Shown piece by piece: positions 13,621 to 26,964 of a DNA stretch of 64,000 bases (the first letter of the stretch is position 1; each line of letters starts with the position of its first letter). The DNA is taken from NCBI GenBank assembly GCA_013265495.1, contig MU058241.1:1055249-1119248 (forward strand), written 5' to 3'. The notes beneath the pieces were generated by a model. That model was not told the origin of the DNA and searched no databases. It was given only the letters and a program-made list of their open reading frames with translations. This DNA is from Vicugna vicugna. Lineage: Eukaryota. Both the position numbers and the translations under genes were made by a program.

Positions 13621-14512
13621 ACTAATGAACCACATACATCTGATTGTATATATAAATACATATATACACACCCACAATATATAGGTCTGAATATATAAAC
13701 ATACAACCTTCTAAACTAAATCACAAATTGATGGGATACACTCTCACCTCACCATGGTGGGTATCAGAAAAAAACAAAAATCCTGAACAGTTGTTGAGTC
13801 CCTGCCCAGTAAGGTTAAGTCAGCCTTTCACCTAGAAATATTCATGAAGCATCTATTAGACACCTGTATCTTAAAGTAAGGTAGCAATAGGTGAAGGAAT
13901 AGAAAAATGAAAGTTCTTTCTGCTTTAGTTCTAACTGTCTCTCCACAAAATTACCACACTCCTTAAGGAGTAGTTGAACACAATTATAGACAAGGTCTGG
14001 GTACGCTTCTACAAAACTGTGTTAAAGCTGGTCCATTTGTTACATGAGGGAAAAAAAAAATCCCTGTTTGATTAAGCCCCTTTCGTCCTGCTCCTCTGAG
14101 ACCTTTATCCGTTCTAGTCTATTCAAAGCAATCTCCACTGAAAATCTTCAATATTCACCACATGTTGCTCTCTCTCACTTTGCTTTTCCTTACCTTCCCC
14201 ATCAACGTGCTCTGGCACACCTGATTCACCTTGTCATTTTCAATTTTTCTTGTCCCTTGAAGCAAATCTATCATCAGTGCCCACCAATTCTGCCTCTATA
14301 ACATCTTTACAATCCACGGTTTCACTGTCAGATACACTCTCCTACTTTTTGCCTCTATTATTTACAGCAGTGACTAGTAAAAACGCCTGTCCCCTCTGTC
14401 TCTGCCCCGACCATACTGTACACACAGGAGGACGGCCAGCTTCTCCATCGTGGGACGCTACTCCCTTCCGGCTCCTTTCACTGTTAACTTTCTCCTTTGT
14501 TGTTACTGCTAT

Positions 14513-14645
14513 TGTTTAACAGCTTTATCAAAGTATATCATTTATACACAAAACACTGCATATATTTAATGCATACAATTCAATGAGCTTGCACATGTAG
14601 AAACCTAGGTATGCATACCTACATGAAACCACCACCAGTCACTAA
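14513..14645 (-). mobile_element. Old L1 (L1MB/ME-like) 3' end fragment
   Basis: 'tttaacagctttatcaaagtata...atttaatgcatacaattcaatgag...atgaaaccaccacc'. Confidence 0.7.
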
Positions 14646-15569
14646 AACTCTGCTCGCCAGGAGATTACGGTTTCCTCTGCAAAGTAAGTCCTGCTCACTT
14701 GAGCACCAAGAACACGTTAGACCTGGAAGGAGGGCAGAAGGACCCAGCCATGCCTTGGTGGAGATCAGCAGTCTTGGCCCCTGTGAAAGACTCGCTCAGG
14801 CCCCCAGGGTGTAGTGACAGCTTATTTCTACCTCCCCGAGCAGGGGGCAGAAATGAGAGGAAGAGATCACCTATTTTCAGCACTGGAATCAGAGGACCCA
14901 GAACTCAGTGCTATCTGTGCGCTCGTCTGCCCAGCTGACTGAGCTCGTGAATCAGTTAACTTGACCACTGGCTTCTCTGCACATCCCGTCCCTCATGACA
15001 GCTGGCTACACACTTCATCTGGGTCAGTGGTCCTCCATAACCATCAGCCTCTAACCTAGTTGAAGGCCGTTCTGTCTACAGTTACCATGTACTGCATGAT
15101 TCAAGTCTGGACATTTTTTGAGCAGAGACGGTTTGTACTCACGCCCTGCTCTGGAACAAAAGGCAAAACTCTTGAGACTGCCCTAGACAAATAATGTGAA
15201 CTGGCCACCTCATCTCTTACCCTGCTCTGATTTACTCAGAGCCTCTGTCACAAATGGAAAATGATCAAATAAGGTTTTGTCTACTGTCCTTGTGGATGTG
15301 GAAACTACTGTCTTGATAAAGAGGCTTTGGCAGTCAGCTAAGGCCAGAGTCATTAAGAAAGGTGTCTCTTGGAGACAATAAGCTTTCGAAGGAAATGCAG
15401 AGTAAGCAATGTACTCTGTTCCTCTAATCCATACAACCGCTTCTGTCTGATGAGTCTTCTCGCTCAAGGACGCTTGTCCGTATCTGTCGTCTGCAGATCA
15501 CAAATCAGGCTCAAAGGCTCCCAATTCCTCTCCACGGTCACACATTTCACCTGACTCGTAATCAAAGAT

Positions 15570-15790
15570 TCCTGCACTCTGGAGATAAACAATGAAATGT
15601 TTATCAAAGAAGTGATGTGAGTGTGGAGCTGGCTTTAAAACAATCCACAATGAAGGGAGGGGAGGCACCGATGAAAGGACTGGTCACAAGAACATGTTCC
15701 GAAGCTGAGCGATGGGGAGTCCAGTATATTATTTTCTCAACTTTTGCGTTTGCCTAAAATGTTTCATGATAAAATCTGAACATTTTTAAA
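15570..15790 (+). mobile_element. Old L1 (L1MC/ME-like) 3' end fragment
   Basis: 'gctttaaaacaatcca...gaagctgagcgatgg...tatattattttctcaacttttgcgtttg...tttcatgataaaa'. Confidence 0.65.
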
Positions 15791-15919
15791 ACATGCTTTT
15801 TACTAGCCATTTGTATCTCCTATACCCAAACTCAGTCATGTCTTCATGTCAGCCTATTTGAACTTGGCTTATTGGCGATTTCCATGTCTATTTTCAAGCT
15901 CTTTATAAAACACTAATAT

Positions 15920-16240
15920 GTTGTTCAATCATTTCACATCTGCATGCTGAGTGCCCATCATGGACTAGTTACTGTCCTCAGTGTTGCGTCCAGAACAACT
16001 AACACAACATGACTCCTGCCCTCAGACAGCTAACAGGTGCACAGGTTCTCACAGGCACGCACGTGTGCACACAGGTAAGGAGGTGTGACCAGTGTGCTTG
16101 GTGCATAGTCCATGGTAGGACTACATGGTCCCTTGTAACTGAGGGTGGAGTGGGGTGTGAGAACTCAGCAGAGGGGAGGTGACATTTGAGCAGGTAGATA
16201 TCTGGCTAAACCATTCTAGGCAAATGGGGATTCAGGACCA
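15920..16240 (-). mobile_element. LINE-2 3' region
   Basis: 'tgctgagtgcccatcatg...catgactcctgccctcag...cagaggggaggtgacatttgagc'. Confidence 0.65.
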
Positions 16241-17217
16241 GGAATCCAAGAAATGTCATCTACAAGTGGGAAAAAAAAACAGGTGACCAGAGAAATGGGG
16301 TTTATTTTGTGCTCTATGTATGGACAGGCATCATTCTACCCAATAAAAAGAGCATCAAGAAACAGGAAGGATTACTCTGGACACAAGACCATCATCAGAC
16401 AACAATTTGCAACAGAGAGAGTTTTAAAGACTTTTTCTCTGTTTAAAATTTTCATTTTACTAATTTTTGTTAGAGTCCTACTCCTCCTTTCTTAATATTC
16501 AAGGCTTCCTGCCCTAAATAACTTGGAGGAAGAGACGCTTGTATTGGAATAATACCACTGACTTCTCTGTGAAAATCCCGAGTGAATATTAATTACGAGC
16601 AGCGATGGAAAGTTCTATTTCTAGATGCTCCATTATTTCCTGACTGCACCCAAACCATGGAGTGCCATAAATTACAAAGCACATTAAACAGGTGTGACAC
16701 CCTGGTGTAGCTGTTGGGAGCTGCCAGGGTCGAGAACGAATCTCAGTATCTCCCTCTGGTTATCGATATGCTATGAGAATTCTGACGGCTTGGTTCCTTT
16801 AAAGAAAAAAATTACAGATAGGATTTAATTGGCTGTGATTTGATTACATTTACATGGCCCAGGAATGGAAAGATATTTCTTTCCTCTGTTCCTCTGTCTT
16901 ATTAAAATGTAAAGTCCAACTTTCCAAACACATTGGAAGCATTTCCTCCTATAGCATTTCTCTAAACAACATCATCTTAAGGGCATGTATTTTAATTTAC
17001 TGAAGCCTTGTTTTTCTATTTCTAATCACGTAAAACGTATTAAAATAAATGTCTGTGTACAAGTCACTCGGAATTAACAATAGTTCTTTCACTTTTGTTT
17101 CAGGCTTTTAAAAAGAGCAGAAGACATTTCACACGAAGATGAAGTCATCTGTGAAACACTCAGGTCACATTTATTACCTTTTTTCTTTCTCTTTGTTGTA
17201 ATTTATTTAATGCATAA

Positions 17218-17826
17218 CCATATATCCAGAGAAAACTCTGATTCAAAAAGATACAGGCACCCCAACGTTCACTGCAGCACTATTTACCATAGCCAAGACA
17301 TTGAAGCAACCTAAATGTCCATCAACAGATTACTGGATAAAGAAGACGTGGTGTATATATACAATTGAATACTACTCAGCCATACAAAAGGATGAAATAA
17401 TGCCATTTGCAGCAACATGGACAGACCTGGAGATTGCCATACTAAGTGAAGTAAGTCAAAAAGAGAAAGACAAATACTATATGCTGTCACTTATAGGTGG
17501 AATCTTAAAAAATGAGACAAATGAATTTATTTTCAAAACAGAAACAGACTCACACACATAGAAAACAAACTTATGGTTACTAGTGGGGGAAGAGGGTGAG
17601 AACAGATAAGTTGGGAGTTTGGGATTTGCAGATATACTATACTACTATATATAAAATAGATAAACAACAAAGTCCTACTGTATAGCACAGGGAACTATAC
17701 TGAATATCTTGTAATAGCCTATAGTGAAAAAATATTAAAAGAAATATGTATATATAAAAATGTGTAACTGAACCACCATGCTGCACACCAGAAACTAACA
17801 CAACATTGCAAATCGACTGTACTTCA
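17218..17826 (+). mobile_element. LINE-1 3' end (first unit of composite insertion)
   Basis: ORF2 C-terminus ([27 protein letters not shown]...[16 protein letters not shown]) and a 3'UTR ending 'actgtacttcaat'. Confidence 0.95.
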
Positions 17827-18691
17827 ATGAAAATGCTCAATATCACTAATTATCATGAGGTATCACCTCACACCAGTCAGAATGGCCATCATTCAAAAGT
17901 CCACAAACGACAAATGTTGGAGAGGCTGTGGAGAAAAGGGAACCCTCCTACACTGCTGGTGGGAATACAGTTTGGTAAAGCCACTGTGGAAAACGGTATG
18001 GAGATTCCTCAAAAGACTAGGAATAGATTTACCATATGACCCAGGAATCCCGCTCCTGGGCATATATCCAGAAGGAACCCTACTTCAGGATGACACCTGC
18101 ACCCCAATGTTCATAGCAGCACTATTTACAACAGCCAAGACATGGAAACAGCCTAAATGTCCATCAACAGATGACTGGATAAAGAAGATATGGTATATTT
18201 TTACCATGGAATACTATTCAGCCATAAAAACTGACAACGTAACTTCATTTGCAGCAACATGGATGTTCCTAGAGAATGTCATTCTAAGTGAAGTAAGCCA
18301 GAAAGAGAAAGAAAAATACCATATGAGATTGCTCATTTGCGGACTCTGAAAAAAAAAAAAAGAACATAAATACAAAACAGAAACAGACTCAAGACTCACA
18401 GACATAGAATACAAACTTGTGGTTGCCAAGGGGCAGTGGGGTGGGAAGGGACAGACTGGGAGTTCAAAATTTGTAGATACTGACAGGCATATGTAGAATA
18501 GATAAACAAGATTATACTGTATAGCACAGGGAAATATATACAAGATCTTGTGATAGCTCACAGTGAAAAAGAATGAGACAATGAATACATGTATGTTCAT
18601 GTATAACTGAAAAATTGTGCTCTACACTGGAATTTGACACAACACTGTAAAATGACTATAACTCAATAAATAAGTAAATAAATAAATAAGA
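17827..18691 (+). mobile_element. Young LINE-1 3' end (second unit) with uninterrupted 164-aa ORF2 C-terminal remnant
   Basis: ORF 17855-18349 is the L1 ORF2 C-terminus, followed by 3'UTR and a (taaa)n tail. A 13-bp TSD atttaatgcataa at 17205-17217 and 18692-18704 flanks both units. Confidence 0.97.
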
Positions 18692-19225
18692 ATTTAATGC
18701 ATAATCAGCCTCTTCTTTTAGGTAAAGTTCTGTTAAATAACTACCCTTCATAAACACCACAATGTTCTGTGCATCTTCAATGCACATGAACAATAGAGAG
18801 TATACAGTCTATAACTTGCTTGTTATCTTTCTCATTATGACTTTGATATCTGTTCACATACATAGCAAATTCCTTTTAAATGTTATAATTATTATATCAC
18901 ATGCTACAGATATATCCCAAATTTACCATTTAACCATTAATAAATATTTGAGTTTTTCCTATTTTTTCTTTACCAAGAAAGTGAAAAATTTAACAATGAA
19001 CTTCCATGTACAAATCTTGCTGTATTCACTTAGATATTCCAATGTCTGTCAGAGAAAATGTAATGATGTGTATTTTCATTTGATTTTTATATACGTGTGT
19101 ATATAAACTGTTTTGCCATTCATTTACCTTTGACTTTTTTTTACTTTTTTTTTTATCAGTTTAGCTATTCCAATGTTATTTTATCTAGCACACAAAAACT
19201 CAGGCTTGTGGTCTTTTTTTTAAGA

Positions 19226-19341
19226 TTTTTTTCTTTCCTTTTTTCTTTTTTGTTTTTTTTTAATGGATGTACTGGGGATTGAACTCAGAACCTTATGCAT
19301 GCTAAGCATGTGCTCTGCCACTGAGTTATACCCCACCCCCC
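19226..19341 (-). mobile_element. tRNA-derived SINE (camelid Vic-1-like)
   Basis: Reverse complement reads ggggtggggtataactcagtggcagagcacatgcttagcatgcataaggttctgagttcaatccccagtac plus an A tail. Has Pol III A and B boxes and matches the copy at 26876. Confidence 0.9.
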
Positions 19342-19719
19342 TATTTAAAAATAAGAATCTTACCACACATAACCACTCTAACAATACATCTTTTCATTTT
19401 TCATGTTAGTACGTCATTAGCTTTTCATATCTTTTTAAATAAAAAGTTAAACAGATTGAGCAACAAAGTTTACTACATTATTTGATCACTGTTAAGAACT
19501 GACATATCAGAACTGGACTAGAACATAAGGTGTCTACTGGGAAGGGAAAAGATGTTCAGAGGGTCCCAATGTCATAAATCTTTCCTGTTGTCTACTGCAA
19601 TACATTCGCAAAACCTTCACCTAATAGGTTGTTGAATTTTATTTCTTTTTTCATATACAGCTCCCTGTCATCTTCACAGACAACTGCCATGTCTTCTAAT
19701 GATAACAGTAATAACCAAC

Positions 19720-19980
19720 AGCAACAAAATTACACCAATATTCACAGTAACACTAAGGTTTAGTGTCGTTTCTTAAATACTTAACCTCATGAAAGCATGT
19801 TATATAAGTTACCTTCCTTTAACATCAACTCATTCAGTAAGAGGAATCATTAACCCCACTCTGCAGAAAAGGAATGTGAGACTCGTAGAGTTTATACAGG
19901 GTGCCCAAGTCACCCATCCAGGAAGTGACACAGGTGACAGTGAGCCAATGAGTCTACAGCCCCGAAGCTGAGCTACTGCT
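19720..19980 (-). mobile_element. MIR SINE
   Basis: 'attaaccccactctgcagaaaaggaatgtgagactc...tgcccaagtcacccatccaggaagtgaca', the antisense MIR core. Confidence 0.8.
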
Positions 19981-21749
19981 TCCTCCCCACCATGTGCCCA
20001 CAAGGCCTCTGTCTGGGACACAGAGACCTTTAACCCAGTAAATAGCATGCATTACAAGGGTAACAAAATTCTAATTCACAACGTGCTTTCCTTGACCCAT
20101 GTGGGTAAGAGCTTAAGAGCAAGTGATTGAGGACCAACAGAAAACAAACAAAACTTTCAACATGATACGCACAAATGAGAGGATAATGTATGAATTCATA
20201 TGCTATGAGAATTTTGCAAATTTCCAAGAGTGAACTATATTTGTCTTGTATCTTGACTTTGGTGTTTAATAGGGAAAAATAAAAATATTTCCACAAGCAC
20301 TGAGGTCATTTTGTAAATTGAGTGTGCGGTTAATGGAGAGTGAATTCGCTAAATTAGTGTTTCCTGATTTGCCTGATGGTAAGAAGCACTTTGGGGAACT
20401 TGTAAGAAGTCCTGGTTCTTGTATATCAAAGCTGGAGACACCAAACTAAAAGTATCAAAGGGAGTAAGTTCCCCACCTTGCCCTGCGTATCAGTCAGTTA
20501 ATCGTGTTGGTTCAGAACAAGTGGAGAAAGGAACACACCAAAGGAACAAAAAAAATGTTAGGTTAGTCTAAAGGCCCTCAATTTGCTGTCACCAAAAGTA
20601 CTAAAAGAAGATGGAAGCAGACATTTGTCCATCCATGTGTTTCATCTGCAATTTAGCAAATTTTCCAAGGACCAAATATATTAATTTTGTAACTTGACTT
20701 TAGTCCTTAGTAGGAGGGAAAAAAAAATCTCCCCAGGCATATAGGTCATTTTGTAAAGTTTCCCATGTCCATCTTGATCCTGGTTTAAAGGATGCAAGCA
20801 AAAAGATAACTATGATTCCTTTCTAAGCTTGAGGATAGTAAAATGTTTCCACTGCCCAAGATTTGTCTTTAAGAAAACCTGTCTTTGCTTTTGTACAGAC
20901 AAGCAAAGTCATCTTCTTTATTTTACAAACCCGATGCCATTTGGTTACAGAAAAACTGTCGGGGTAGAAGGTACTGAATGTGTCCCAGACTGCCCTGATC
21001 GACGTGTTACCATGGTCTGACTATTAGGTTACACTGTACATCAGCCTCAGAAAGGAGTAGGCTCTTCTGGCAGGCTCCGCACCTGACCCTTCGCACCAAC
21101 CGTGTATGGTTTACGGATTTCACAGTTTGAAGGTTGAAAGACACCTTCACGAAACAGACCCCACCCACTACACTGCTTGTGAACTATTCAGTCTTTTCCA
21201 GATACAGGAAAACTCAGAGGGGCACCCTAAAACAATTTCTCGATGAGCCATTTACTCAGGACACAGGAGTGTACCTGTGTGCCCTTAGGCACACTGATAA
21301 AACTGCTGGTGCGGGGGATCAGAGACATTAGCTGGGCTCACACATGCCGGGTGGTTAAGTAAAGAGTGTGTGTGTGAGACAGCAGACCACTGGTTCTCCT
21401 TAGACCAGCACAACTTTCTTCCACATCTGCCCCGGACCGAGCAGAAGCAGCGGGCAGCGTCTCCTACAGGAGGGCTCCGGTCGCGCACGCCCACCTCTCC
21501 CTGCTGCTCGTCCCCAGGCTGATGAGCGCCTGCCCTCTCGGCTCTGCATGAAGGTCAGTAACAACAGAGCAAACAAATACAAAACCACCAAGAACTGTCT
21601 CCCCTGAAATTTGGGCGACAAGCTAACCCCAAGCAGAAATATCCAGGAGACTGTCTGAGTGACCAGTGAAACACCAAGAAGAAATTGTGTTGAAAGTGGC
21701 CTCGGTTCTGAAATGTTCCAAGGCATCAGTAGCAAACACAAATTTTCCT

Positions 21750-22860
21750 CCAGGAAAGGACCCTCAGCCCGAGCCTCAGAAATTCCATAGAGATAGACCC
21801 AAAAAATTACAATAAAAAAAATAAAAGGTAGGATTTCCACCCACCAAGAGTGACAGTCATTGGAATCAAACAGTAGGGTATAACCCCCAAAGCTATCAGA
21901 TGTTAACACTCAGCGCAGAAGATAAAATAGGTGTATATTAAATGTCTAAACAAACATGGAAGGAACGGACAACATCAGTAAGAAACAAGACACCGTAAAA
22001 ATGGCCAGGCAGATTTTTGAGAGATTACCATGTAAAATTTTTTAAATGAAAAAAAAAAAGGTGAAATTTTAAGAATCAGTGGAAGGATTATAGGCAGACT
22101 AAGGAAGCCGAAGAGAGTACTAATGAATTATAACACAGATGTGTAGCTATAATGCAGAATGGACTACAGGAAAGTGAAGTAGAAAAATTAAACCGAAGTT
22201 TTAGATTTAGCTGACTAAATGACAAGATCCAAAATATATTTAAAAAAAATTTTTTTTAATGCAGAAGAGGCAACATGAAAAGAAAATGGTCTAGAACTTT
22301 GCAGCTTTGGTGAAAGACACAAATCTTCAGAATCAAAGATCAATCAATCTCAAGCTGGATAATTAAAAAGAAAGCTGAATCACGTGCTAGTCAAACTGAT
22401 ATATCAAAGGCACAGAGACAGAAGCTTCGCGCCGAAAAGGCATATGTGAAGGGAAAAAAAGTTAGATTCCTGTGCTAAGAACTCAAACCAAGCAGCTAAA
22501 GAAACAGAATAAACTCAAAGAAATGACTCAAAGAAAGGAAAAGGATGGTCATAGTAAAGACAGCACCAACTGATAAGAGAAAAAGATAAAATAGAAGAAA
22601 ATGTAGAACAGAGCTAATGGTCAGTCTTTTAAAACAAAGGTAAAACTGGTAACCAACTGGAAAGTTGACTCAGAAAAAAGGGAAAAAAGAGAACACATGT
22701 AATTGATGTCAAAAATGAACTGGGAAGACAATACATTATACCCCAAATTTCACATTTCAAATCATACACATTCCTTTAAAAACATTAAGGTGAACTCAGA
22801 AAGATTGAAATCCTACATAATCTGATACACATTAAATAAAAATGGTATAATTAACGTTTC
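21750..22860 (+). mobile_element. Old L1 (L1M) ORF1/ORF2 remnants
   Basis: A-rich degenerate L1 motifs ('tggtgaaagacacaaatcttcagaatcaa', 'ctagtcaaactg', 'ttaagaatcagtggaaggatta'). Confidence 0.65.
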
Positions 22861-23214
22861 TGCACAACGTGTATTTGTGTTATGTTGTATGTGTTGTATT
22901 TCAGAAGAAAAATCTTAGAAAAGGAGTGTCACAGGGAGACCAGAGCTTGCCAGATTTCTTCTTTCCTTAGATTGTGATGCAACCAAAGAACTCTTTCATG
23001 TACCCAACAGAGCAGCCAAGAGCTATGAGAAGCTACTCAAATGAATGAAAACTCAACAAAATTTAAACCTCAGCTCCTCCGTCATGACAGCCACATTTCA
23101 AGTACTCTGTAGCCACATATGCGAGAAGCTATTCTGGTAGCTGAATAGGGTTCTGCCAAGGAGAAGTTCACAGATAAGAGGGCAATGGAGACCCTGAGCA
23201 CAAGAAGGGTCCTT

Positions 23215-23474
23215 CAGATGGTCAGCGAACTTTCCTGTCAAGAATTAGATGAAAAATATTTTAGGCTCTGTGGGCCAAAGAATCTGTTTCACTATTCAGC
23301 TCTGCTGTTGTATCACAAAAGCAGCCATGGACTGCTCTCCCATGAGTGCCCATGGCTGTCTTCCAATAAAACTTTATTTACAAAGAGGCAGTGGGCCAGT
23401 CTTCCAATAAAACTTTATTTACGAAACAGGCAGTGGGCCAGATGTGGCCCAGCGGCTACAGTTTGCCAGCCCCG
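23215..23474. mobile_element. MER58A-like hAT MITE with internal 41-bp duplication
   Basis: 'aaatattttaggctctgtgggcca', 'ccaataaaactttatttacaaa' and 'cagtttgccagcccc'. Confidence 0.9.
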
Positions 23475-26400
23475 AGAATAGCAGGAGGGGCATAGAATGA
23501 GAACAGTGGTTTCCCGTTTCCTCGGAATGCTTTTCTGCTAATAAAAGAGAAGGACTGCATTACAATGGATTAGTATTTTATCTCCCTGTGGTACTTGCTG
23601 AAACATAACACATTCAACCAAAAAAAAAAAAAAATCAGACCAGGACTTGATTTTTGATTTGTTAATTTTTATTTTTTTCTCTCTCCCATGAAAGGAGTCG
23701 TGCAATCTAAATTTGAGTAAGGCCAGTACTGATTTTTGTCATCTCTTTCCCCCATGTTATACTTCACAGACTCCTTTAAAGAATGCATGATGATCTCATG
23801 GATCAAACTGGCCTGAATTATAAGCTACCTGGGGAATGTCATGTCCGTTTCCAAACCTAAGAGGCATTCCTAAGAGGCGCAGCAGCTCTGATTAGACGCT
23901 GGCCCTGCTGGAAATGTGACAGCAGCTCATTAAGCAGCAGCAGCCGACCTCTGCCTTCCACGCCTCGTAACAAGCCTCCTCGGATCTCTGACCCTCTGTT
24001 CTGCATTTGCTCCTGGCTCCAACGAGGAATAAAAGCTATACTCCCCCTTGACTGTCACAAAGGCGCTGTCTGGAAGGCCTTAACTCAGAGTTCAGGGCAT
24101 AGAGATTAAAAAAGCATCTTGCAACCTCCCCAAGCCAACCTTGAAGAGATTAATTTAGCAGAAACCTTGGGCTCCCTAGGGACACAGACACTTAAGTCTA
24201 CGTTTCTCTCTGGGACACCTTTGGGAACAGCAGGGGTTTCAGGCACACGAGGGGAGGCACTGCTCACTGCTCAACAAACGGGAAATGCCACACCAACACA
24301 GAGAGACAAAGCCTGTATCTACTGAGAAAACATTTTTCTGAACCGCAATGATTAACTTTTTGTGTGGGGCTTGGTTTCAGGCATGTTTTTTCCTACAAAA
24401 ACAGTGTGATACCATCTTTTCCGTAATTCCTACGCTTGGCTCCACTCAGGGACGTCTTCCCAAGTGCTTGTTAACAAATAAAATATGTTTGTGTAAAGAG
24501 AACCCACGGACAGCAATGACAAAATCTGGACTGCTCTCTGCATGCATACATTTAGGCAATGTGCACTATAATTTTTCATAATTGGGAATAATAGTAACTT
24601 CTGCTATCAGCTTTGCACAAAGCTGATACTCATTAAATAGTTGCCGAATCCATCAATAACTCTCAAGCTAACATTAATATATGACTGTTCCTCAGTTACT
24701 AAGGGTGTGTCTTAACCACATACCACAGCTTCAGAAATGCCGCAGACAGGCACATACATCCATATGTACACAGACGGCAGAGGAAGAAGTAAATAAATAC
24801 TGGAAAGATGACAGATACATTTCTACATGATAGACAGATGGTAGGCAGATAGGAATAAAGTAAATGAGAGTTCATTGAGCACTGCTAAGTCTCGAAGCCT
24901 CTGTATGTATTTTTCAGTTGTCCAGAAAAAGACTGAAGCTTGCAGAAGTGAAAATGGAATCCTATCACACAGCCAGAAAGGAAACGACTCTTCTCCTTAA
25001 CTTGTGACGTGCTTGGCTCAAATACCTGCTTTCTTCTTCTGTTTCCTTTAAGAGTGGGGCTGCAATTATCAATTCTTACAGGATGCCCTTAGATGAGAGA
25101 GTTTAGGACTATGGATTGCGTCCACGTAAAAACCGCTACCATGGTACATATATGTGTATTATACATATCATATACATGTGTGCATCTACAGATATACGCA
25201 CATACACCTATCTTTTTTTTTTTTACAAAGATTTCCTTTCGCATAAACTTGATGTTACATGCTCTTAAAATTCAAGAGTAATCAGGAACAGAAAGGATCT
25301 TCACATAATCTGGCACAGAAAGAATCACCTTCCAAAACCTTAATAGACTTATTTACAGCACATATAGGTTTATCTTGAATTTATACTTTCAGGACAGGCT
25401 GAAATGAAGACCTAACGTGCAAGCATGAAGAAAAGGAATATGAGCTGTACAGTTGGGACTTCTGGGTCCCCGGGACTTGCCCCACCTTACTCCTGATGGA
25501 CTGAAATGAGCTGATTCCCCAGACTGGGAGGAGCCTCACGCCATGGCCAACGCGGACATCTGTGGGCACATCTGTGTCCTCGTCTGGCCCGCCCTTTTCA
25601 CCTTACACCTCTGAGCCCAGCCCCACCAGCATGTGGTGGAAGCGACATTTTCTGACGTTTTCTCAAACACCTTTTTAATGCCAAAATAGGAATGTTCTCT
25701 GGCCACTTTCCCGGGCCTTTCAAGGACGTAGCAGTACTTCTGGACACGCATATGGTCAGCAGGCACAGTCAGAATAAACACAATATATCCTGTTCTGAGT
25801 CTGTACATACGTTGCTCTGATCGACCAGCTTTAGCTGCTGCTTGAAAAGAAAACCTGTTTTGTCCTTCCAGCCAGCCTTGCTTCGGGGAGACGTGCATGC
25901 TGTGAGCACCTGCACCCAGCTCTCAACTTCACATCAGCTCCCACTGTAAGAGCAACTGCTGCCTGGCCAAAGGGCAGCTTTCCTAAGACATCTAAGCTTT
26001 ATTAGAGTTACTGTTGCTAGTTTTCTCCCAGTCCCACAGAAATTTATATTCTTCCTGAAGGCGTAGAGGTCAACATTTAGAGTTAAATGCCCGGGTCACA
26101 CTACACTGACCTTTCCAACAAGAGACTTGTGCAACACTACTGGAGAGCTGAGAAGCTGTGAAGAAAACGAACCACGTGGCACTTGCACTGTTTAAGAAAT
26201 GAATCTATTTGTTTCTCTCTCTGGTAAAAAACTTACGAGCAGAACCATACAGACATAGATATTTTCTGACAAGATCTTTGCCTTCATTTTTTAGTATGTT
26301 TTGATGTTAAAAGCCCTAATATTCATTAAGAATGCAAAACATGCATTGCCAGCACACTGCAAATCCATTCCCTAAGTTTTTCCCTGAAAAATAACAAAGT

Positions 26401-26875
26401 TTTCTCTTGCTGCTGATTATAAACCCCACTCAGGAGGAGTGACACGTGGCAGGAAGATGACAGACTTGCAATGTGACAACAGCCCTGCAACTTATTTTTT
26501 CGAATGATGGGAAAATAATTCTTAGGGGACATTCAACCTATACGTTGTTTCCTCTAATCTGAAAGAAAAAGTGCTCCGTAAATCCTCCGTCTTCCTGCAC
26601 CTCGCAACAGGGCGCAGAGAGACGAAAACACTCCCTCGTAGCAGCAGGCAGTGAAGTTCATGTGTTGAAAATCTAGGAAATATCACCTCCTCAAGGCCCC
26701 ACCCCCTACTACCCCACCCCCGACATCTTCCTCCCCAACCCTGAAGGATTTAATAGACCAATTTTGGGGATATACAAATATTCAGACCATAGCAATTTCT
26801 GAGGATAAAAAAAAAAGCACCCTTCACAAGATTAAAAGAATGTTTTGCTGAATTGGACTTCAAGATAATTACAGT

Positions 26876-26960
26876 GGGGAGGATGTAGCTCAGTGGTAGG
26901 GCACATGCTAAGCATGCATGAGGTCTTGGGTTCAATCCCCAGTACCCCCATTAAAAATAA
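26876..26960 (+). mobile_element. tRNA-derived SINE (camelid Vic-1-like)
   Basis: ggggaggatgtagctcagtggtagggcacatgctaagcatgcatgaggtcttgggttcaatccccagtacc plus an A tail, with A box and B box. Confidence 0.9.
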
Positions 26961-26964
26961 AAGA

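Noticed and set aside
15210..15467. Minus-strand ORF ending at a good donor (cagg|gtaaga)
   Set aside because: The acceptor is weak and the peptide is unrecognised; such sites are common by chance.
17855..18349. 164-aa ORF as a host gene
   Set aside because: It is the L1 ORF2 C-terminal remnant of a 5'-truncated insertion.
21134..21331. ORF ending 'QDTGVYLCALR' followed by cacactg, resembling a TCR/Ig V-segment end and RSS heptamer
   Set aside because: There is no first Cys, no W-Y/F motif and no leader upstream, and the sequence 23 bp after the heptamer (cagagacat) is not an ACAAAAACC-like nonamer. Probably chance; IgBLAST would settle it.
26876..26950. tRNA gene
   Set aside because: It has an A-rich tail, diverged dispersed copies and imperfect stems, so it is a tRNA-derived SINE.
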